A stretch of DNA of 61,820 nt from Rikenellaceae bacterium (GTDB taxonomy: Bacteria; Bacteroidota; Bacteroidia; Bacteroidales; Rikenellaceae): positions 1 to 61,820 of the forward strand of contig JAZQXR010000024.1 of assembly GCA_045632975.1 (NCBI GenBank). Reading direction: 5' to 3'. Shown piece after piece: positions 56,985 to 61,820 of this stretch. The notes beneath the pieces were generated by a model. It had not been told where the DNA came from, made no database searches, and saw nothing but the letters and a program-made list of their open reading frames with translations. The position numbers were made by a program, and so were the translations under genes. How positions within the stretch are numbered: position 1 is the stretch's first letter; each line of letters starts with the position of its first letter.

Positions 56985-57797
56985 ATGGCAAGAACCAATT
57001 TCGAGCAACTCCTCGAGGCAGGAGTGCACTTCGGTCACCTCAAACGCAAATGGAACCCCAAGATGGCTCCCTACATCTTCATGGAGAAGAACGGTATCCA
57101 CATCTTGGACCTGCACAAGACCGTAACCAAAGTAGACGAGGCTGCTGCAGCTCTCAAACAAATCGCTAAAAGCGGTCGCAAAGTTCTCTTCGTAGCTACC
57201 AAGAAACAAGCTAAAGAGATCGTAGCAGAGAAAATCTCGGCTATCAACATGCCTTACGTAACCGAGCGTTGGGCAGGTGGTATGCTCACCAACTTCCCCA
57301 CCATCCGCAAAGCCGTTAAGAAAATGGCTACCATCGACAAAATGACTGCTGACGGTACCTACGACAACTTCGGCAAACGCGAGAAACTCCAAATCGCTCG
57401 TCAACGTGCAAAACTCGAGAAGAACCTCGGTTCGATTGCAGACCTTACTCGTCTGCCCGCAGCTCTGTTCGTTATCGACGTACAAAAAGAGGCTAACGCT
57501 GTTCACGAGGCAAACCGCCTGAACATCCCCGTATTCGCAATGGTTGATACCTGCTGCGACCCCACCAACATCGACTACGTTATCCCCGCAAACGATGACG
57601 CTGCAAAATCGATCTCGGTTATCCTCGACGCTATGTGCGAGGCTATCAACGAGGGTCTTGAGGAGCGCCGTCTCGAGAAAGAGAAAGAGGATAAAGAGAA
57701 CGCAGCCGAGGAGAAAGGTGCTAAACCCCGCACCAAAAAAGTAACCAAAGTAGCAGAGGTTGAGGCCGAGGTTGCTACCGAGGAGGTTGCTGAATAA
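56985..57797 (+). CDS. rpsB: 30S ribosomal protein S2
   Basis: LLEAGVHFGHLKRKWNPKM...ERWAGGMLTNF...LFVIDV. Confidence 0.97.
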   Translation: MARTNFEQLLEAGVHFGHLKRKWNPKMAPYIFMEKNGIHILDLHKTVTKVDEAAAALKQIAKSGRKVLFVATKKQAKEIVAEKISAINMPYVTERWAGGMLTNFPTIRKAVKKMATIDKMTADGTYDNFGKREKLQIARQRAKLEKNLGSIADLTRLPAALFVIDVQKEANAVHEANRLNIPVFAMVDTCCDPTNIDYVIPANDDAAKSISVILDAMCEAINEGLEERRLEKEKEDKENAAEEKGAKPRTKKVTKVAEVEAEVATEEVAE

Positions 57798-57833
57798 TTT
57801 TAGTTACAAACACAATTCTAAAAACAGAATACA

Positions 57834-58652
57834 ATGGAAATTACTGTTGCTGACATCGCCAAACTGCGCAAAATGACCGGCGCTGGTATGATGGATTGCA
57901 AAAAAGCACTCCAAGAGGCCGAGGGCGATTTCGAGAAAGCTAAAGATATCATCCGTGAGAAAGGTAAACTCGTAGCAAGCAAACGTGCTGACCGCACCGC
58001 TACCGAGGGTGTTGTTCTCACCAAAATCGTTGGTACCAAAGCTTACATGGTATGTCTGGCTTGCGAGACCGACTTCGTTGCTAAAAACTCGGAGTTCTCG
58101 GCTACCGCAAACACCATCCTTGAGGCTGCTATCGCTGCTGACGCTGCTGACATGGAGGCTCTGCTCGCTTGCAAAGCTGGTGATGTTACCGTTGGTGACC
58201 TGGTTACCGAGAAGAGCGGTCAAACCGGTGAGAAAGTTGAGCTGCCCTTCTACGGCCGTATCGAGGCTCCCTACTGCGCAGCTTACGTTCACACCAACGC
58301 TAAACTTGGTACTATCGTAGGTTTCAACAAAGAGATCAGCGAGGATGTTGCTAAAGACGTAGCTATGCAAGCTACCGCTATGGCACCCGTATCGATCAGC
58401 GCTGCTGACTGCCCCGCAGAGGTTATCGAGAAAGAGCGCGAGATTGGTCGCGAGCAAGCTCGTCTCGATGGCAAACCCGAGGCTATGCTCGATAAGATTG
58501 CAGAGGGTAAAGTTAACAAGTTCCTCAAAGAGAACACTCTCTTGAGCCAAGCTCTCGTTAAGAACCCCAAACTGTCGGTTGAGCAATTCATCCAAGAGGC
58601 AGACAAAGAGGCTACCGTAGTGGCTTACAAACGCTTCAGCCTGAACGACTAG
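57834..58652 (+). CDS. tsf: Translation elongation factor Ts
   Basis: The UBA-like N-terminus is IAKLRKMTGAGMMDCKKALQEAEGDFEKA. The gene follows rpsB. Confidence 0.96.
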   Translation: MEITVADIAKLRKMTGAGMMDCKKALQEAEGDFEKAKDIIREKGKLVASKRADRTATEGVVLTKIVGTKAYMVCLACETDFVAKNSEFSATANTILEAAIAADAADMEALLACKAGDVTVGDLVTEKSGQTGEKVELPFYGRIEAPYCAAYVHTNAKLGTIVGFNKEISEDVAKDVAMQATAMAPVSISAADCPAEVIEKEREIGREQARLDGKPEAMLDKIAEGKVNKFLKENTLLSQALVKNPKLSVEQFIQEADKEATVVAYKRFSLND

Positions 58653-58672
58653 GAATACTCGTTCTCCAAATA

Positions 58673-58707
58673 GTAAAGCCGACCCATTGGGTCGGCTTTA
58701 CTATTTT
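58673..58707 (+). terminator. Intrinsic terminator
   Basis: gtaaagccgaccc-att-gggtcggctttac followed by tatttta. Confidence 0.8.
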
Positions 58708-58714
58708 AAATATT

Positions 58715-58762
58715 GGATTCAAGGGCAAGGCAGATGCCAAAAGAGCCTTGTTATACGATTTC
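58715..58762. repeat. Partial copy (3' half-module) of the intergenic repeat family
   Basis: ggattcaagggcaaggcagatgccaaaagagccttgttatacgatttc aligns with 51629-51678. Confidence 0.7.
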
Positions 58763-59299
58763 TTATTCTATATATATTACTTTGTCCGTATCATCCACCG
58801 GCGAATGTGGCTTCATCGGCGCCTCGGGATAACCCAACGCCACCACACACAACGGACGCCATGTGGCAGGAATGTCAATAAAGGTGCGTAACCACTCCTC
58901 GGCAGTGCCTTGAGAGGGGTCGTCGGCAATGCGAGGACGGTCCTTGACCTGCACCCAACAACTGCCCAAACCATGCTCCTCGGCAGCAAGCTGAAGAATG
59001 GTAGTCGAGATGGTCGCGTTAATATCCCACAGGTCAGAGGCCTCGGTATCACCCAACACAATGATACCCACGGGCGTATCTTGCAGGAAACGCGCTCCGT
59101 GGTCGCGCATCTGCGCCATCTTCTGCATCAACTCGGGACGCGACACGACAATATAACGTGTCGAACGGGTACTCTTGGACGAGGGGGCTGTGAAAGCCTC
59201 GGCCAGCAGCGTATCGATAACCACGCGCGAGGGAGGCTCGGCATTGAACTTACGTTGGCTGCGACGATTGCGTAGAATGTCTGAAAGTTTCATATCCAA
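58763..59299 (-). CDS. Nitroreductase family protein
   Basis: ILRNRRSQRKF...APSSKSTRSTRYIVV is the nitroreductase FMN-binding N-terminus. Confidence 0.85.
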   Translation of the reverse strand: MDMKLSDILRNRRSQRKFNAEPPSRVVIDTLLAEAFTAPSSKSTRSTRYIVVSRPELMQKMAQMRDHGARFLQDTPVGIIVLGDTEASDLWDINATISTTILQLAAEEHGLGSCWVQVKDRPRIADDPSQGTAEEWLRTFIDIPATWRPLCVVALGYPEAPMKPHSPVDDTDKVIYIE

Positions 59300-59468
59300 A
59301 AAAGTCTTAAATTAAACGTATCACTCTCCCCATCGGAGTGCAAAGACCACGCCACTTATGGAGAGTTCATAGTATCGTTTCGGGACAGTTTCGGAGAGTT
59401 TCGCCCCAAAAAATGACTAAACGATAGACAAATATAGATATTTTTAACGAAAAAAGTTATCTTTGTAG

Positions 59469-60347
59469 ATGGTAAACAACGATAACACTCCGCTTATGGC
59501 ACAACAAAAACGACACACCGTAGCCTTGATATACGATTTTGACGGCACACTCTCGCCCGGCAACATGCAGGAGTATGCCTTCATCCCCACCGTGGGCAGT
59601 AGCAACAAAGAGTTCTGGGAGGCCAGCGACGGCATCGCCGTAGCCAATGACGCCGACCCCATCCTCTCGTACATGGCCAAGATGATTCACGAAGCACGCA
59701 GCAAGGGCATATCGCTCAAACGCGAAGCTTTCCAAGAGTCGGGACGCCATATCAAACTGTTCAACGGCGTGAAAGAGTGGTTCGCACGCATGAACGCCTA
59801 TGGCGAGAGCCTCGGGCTGAACGTGGTTCACTATATCAACTCGAGCGGTATCAAAGAGATTATCGAGGGCACCCCCATCGCCGACGAGTTCCGCAAAATC
59901 TACGCCTGCTCGTTCCTCTACGATGTGGACGGCGTGGCTTACTGGCCTGGAGTAGCTATCAACTACACCAACAAAACACAGTTCATCTTCAAAATCAACA
60001 AGGGCGTCGAGTCGGTCTACGACACCAAAGCTGTAAACCGTTTCATCCCCGAGGTCGAACGTGCCGTGCCGTTCACCCACATGATTTATTTCGGCGACGG
60101 AACCACCGACATTCCCTGCATGCGTCTGGTCAAAGCATCGGGTGGACACTCGATAGCCGTCTACGACCCCGCCGTATCGAACTCGCGCGAGGCCAGCAGC
60201 ACCCTGATTCGTGAGAACCGCGTCAACTATATCTGTCCGGCAGACTATTCCGAGGGCACCTACCTCGACACCGTTGTCAAAGCCATCATGGACAAGATTG
60301 CCGCCGATGACCGCCTGCTCGAACTCGTAAACCCCGAATACAAATAG
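59469..60347 (+). CDS. HAD-superfamily hydrolase
   Basis: ALIYDFDGTLS (DxDGT) and YFGDGTTDIPCM motifs. A TAtcTTTG box at 59458-59465 suggests the true start may be the in-frame ATG at 59496. Confidence 0.8.
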   Translation: MVNNDNTPLMAQQKRHTVALIYDFDGTLSPGNMQEYAFIPTVGSSNKEFWEASDGIAVANDADPILSYMAKMIHEARSKGISLKREAFQESGRHIKLFNGVKEWFARMNAYGESLGLNVVHYINSSGIKEIIEGTPIADEFRKIYACSFLYDVDGVAYWPGVAINYTNKTQFIFKINKGVESVYDTKAVNRFIPEVERAVPFTHMIYFGDGTTDIPCMRLVKASGGHSIAVYDPAVSNSREASSTLIRENRVNYICPADYSEGTYLDTVVKAIMDKIAADDRLLELVNPEYK

Positions 60348-60351
60348 CCTC

Positions 60352-60930
60352 ATGAAACTGATATTCGCAACCAACAACCGCCATAAACTCACCGAAGTTG
60401 GCCAAATTCTCGGCACACAACTCACACTCACCACACTCGGCGAGTGCGGCATAACCGAGGAGATTCCCGAGACAAGCCCCACCATCGAGGGCAACGCACT
60501 TCAGAAGGCGCGTTATGTCTGGGAGCGCACACATCAATCATGTTTTGCCGACGACACAGGACTCGAAGTCGAGGCTCTGGATGGTGCTCCCGGCGTTCAC
60601 TCGGCACGCTATGCCACTGATGGCCACGACTTTGATGCGAATGTAACGCTCCTGCTCCACAACTTGGAGGGCGAGGAGAACCGAGCAGCACGTTTCCGCA
60701 CCGTGGTTGCGCTCATCATCGACGGCAAGGAGTATCTGTTCGAAGGTATTGTGAACGGACATATCACCCACGAGCGCCATGGAGAGGGTGGCTTCGGCTA
60801 CGACCCCGTGTTCGTGCCCGAAGGCGAGAAGCTGACCTTTGCCGAGATGTCGCCCGAAGCCAAGAACGCCATCAGCCACCGCGGCCGCGCCATGACCCGC
60901 CTCGCCACCTGGCTCTCCGAAAATCTTTAG
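60352..60930 (+). CDS. rdgB: Non-canonical purine NTP pyrophosphatase (RdgB/HAM1)
   Basis: MKLIFATNNRHKLTEV...FGYDPVF...SHRGRA. Confidence 0.9.
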   Translation: MKLIFATNNRHKLTEVGQILGTQLTLTTLGECGITEEIPETSPTIEGNALQKARYVWERTHQSCFADDTGLEVEALDGAPGVHSARYATDGHDFDANVTLLLHNLEGEENRAARFRTVVALIIDGKEYLFEGIVNGHITHERHGEGGFGYDPVFVPEGEKLTFAEMSPEAKNAISHRGRAMTRLATWLSENL

Positions 60931-61077
60931 TCAGTCTCATCGAAGATGTTCTTTTGAACGCTCAAAAGAACCAAAAACCGCGCGCAAACCGGCAGTAGAG
61001 AAACTACGTTTCTCATTGCTAGGTTATGTAGTGGCAGTATTTGATTGGGCGCGCATAAAGGCGCAGCAAAAAAAGCA

Positions 61078-61134
61078 AAAGGGAATAGCTGTCTGCAAAC
61101 AAGCTTGCGCAGCCATTCCCTTTCACTTTTTTTT
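61078..61134 (+). terminator. Strong intrinsic terminator ~150 nt downstream of rdgB
   Basis: aaagggaatagctg-...-cagccattcccttt is followed, after 'cac', by a run of eight T. Confidence 0.65.
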
Positions 61135-61246
61135 ACGCCACTAACGTGGCCTATTCCCCCAATCAAACACACCACTTCTCCAATAAAGTCAGTCACACAC
61201 CTCTTCTTTGCAATTCTACACCTAAATTGTGAGTTCTCCCTCTCCT

Positions 61247-61752
61247 CGCGCTCCCGCTGAACGCTCGGGACAGCAACCATCTCACCGTGGAGCGCAACTC
61301 CCAATTGTATATTTTCCCACTCATATATGTAAGGTGCGCATCTCATCCTTACGCTCCCGCAAAGCACTCGGGACAGCAAACACACCACCGTGGAGCGTAA
61401 CGCCCAAACATAACGGCACCCCACCACGCGCTCCCGCAAAGCACTCGGGACAGCAAACACCCCACCGTGGAGCGTAACGCCCAAACATAACGGCCCACCC
61501 CGCGCTCCCGCAAAGCAATCTTATAGAGGCGCACACTCCCCTCCTCCGCGCTCCGCAAAACGTTCGGGACAGCAAACACACCACCGTGGAACGTAACGCC
61601 CAAACATAACGGCACCCCACCACGCGCTCCCGCAGGACGCTTGGGACAGCAACCAACCCACCATGGAGCGCAACGCCCAAACATAACAGCGCCCCACCCC
61701 ACGCTCCCGCAGAACGCTCGGGACTACGACCACCCCACCGTGGAGCGTAACA
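61247..61752. repeat. GC-rich tandem array of about 7 units of ~78 bp (not a CRISPR)
   Basis: The unit is cgcgctcccgcaaagcactcgggacagcaaacacaccaccgtggagcgtaacgcccaaacataacggcaccccacca. The whole unit is conserved, so there are no unique spacers. Each unit has the dyad cgctcc...ggagcg. Two units are interrupted or truncated. Confidence 0.85.
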
Positions 61753-61820
61753 CTATAATATATAGGTATAGATAATCCGTGTCCGCCGGATTTTTCGGGA
61801 AATAGCGAGGGGTGCGGCAT

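Noticed and set aside
61247-61752. Possible CRISPR array
   Set aside because: The entire ~78-bp unit is conserved from copy to copy. There are no unique spacers alternating with a shorter repeat, and no cas genes are visible in the window.
60927-61820. Minus-strand ORFs of 99-185 aa across the tandem array
   Set aside because: All three frames are open because of the GC-rich repeat. The products are repetitive Cys/Arg/Gly-rich strings with no start context. They are treated as non-coding.

Overview
The window looks like a GC-rich Bacteroidales chromosome segment. This is supported by repeated TAnnTTTG -7 promoter boxes, lipoprotein signal peptides, a type V (Mfa/Fim-like) pilus locus, a BspA-like LRR protein and TonB-dependent receptors. 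No taxon can be assigned more precisely from the sequence alone. The core content is housekeeping or metabolic. It includes glpABC-glpT-HAD (anaerobic glycerol-3-phosphate use), a DUF5020/Tsx-like channel with an NCS2 purine permease, queG, an acyl-CoA ligase, PAP2, nadC, DPP-IV, TonB-dependent receptors, a TPP-riboswitch-controlled receptor-PnuT operon, pyrE, NUDIX, an S9 peptidase, mntP, rplM-rpsI-rpsB-tsf, a nitroreductase, a HAD hydrolase and rdgB. Three visibly AT-richer accessory segments interrupt this. (i) 1-3.4 kb is a mobile-element remnant with a nuclease-like gene, an excisionase-type HTH gene and a degenerate duplicate of that gene's 3' end. (ii) 4691-5455 is a single GIY-YIG nuclease gene. 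(iii) 12.7-21.8 kb is the most interesting: a tightly packed nine-gene minus-strand operon. It starts with a TIR-transmembrane-FGE-sulfatase protein, ends with a signal-peptide-bearing TPR-CHAT (caspase-like) protease, and carries seven exported lipoproteins or beta-barrel-like proteins in between. I flag it as a candidate envelope-spanning conflict or signalling system. The window also holds a family of sequence-conserved terminator hairpins, a ~210-nt structured intergenic repeat family with compensatory changes, and a ~78-bp tandem array at the 3' end that is not a CRISPR. I found no rRNA, tRNA or CRISPR. Many long ORFs antisense to real genes are GC-driven artefacts.
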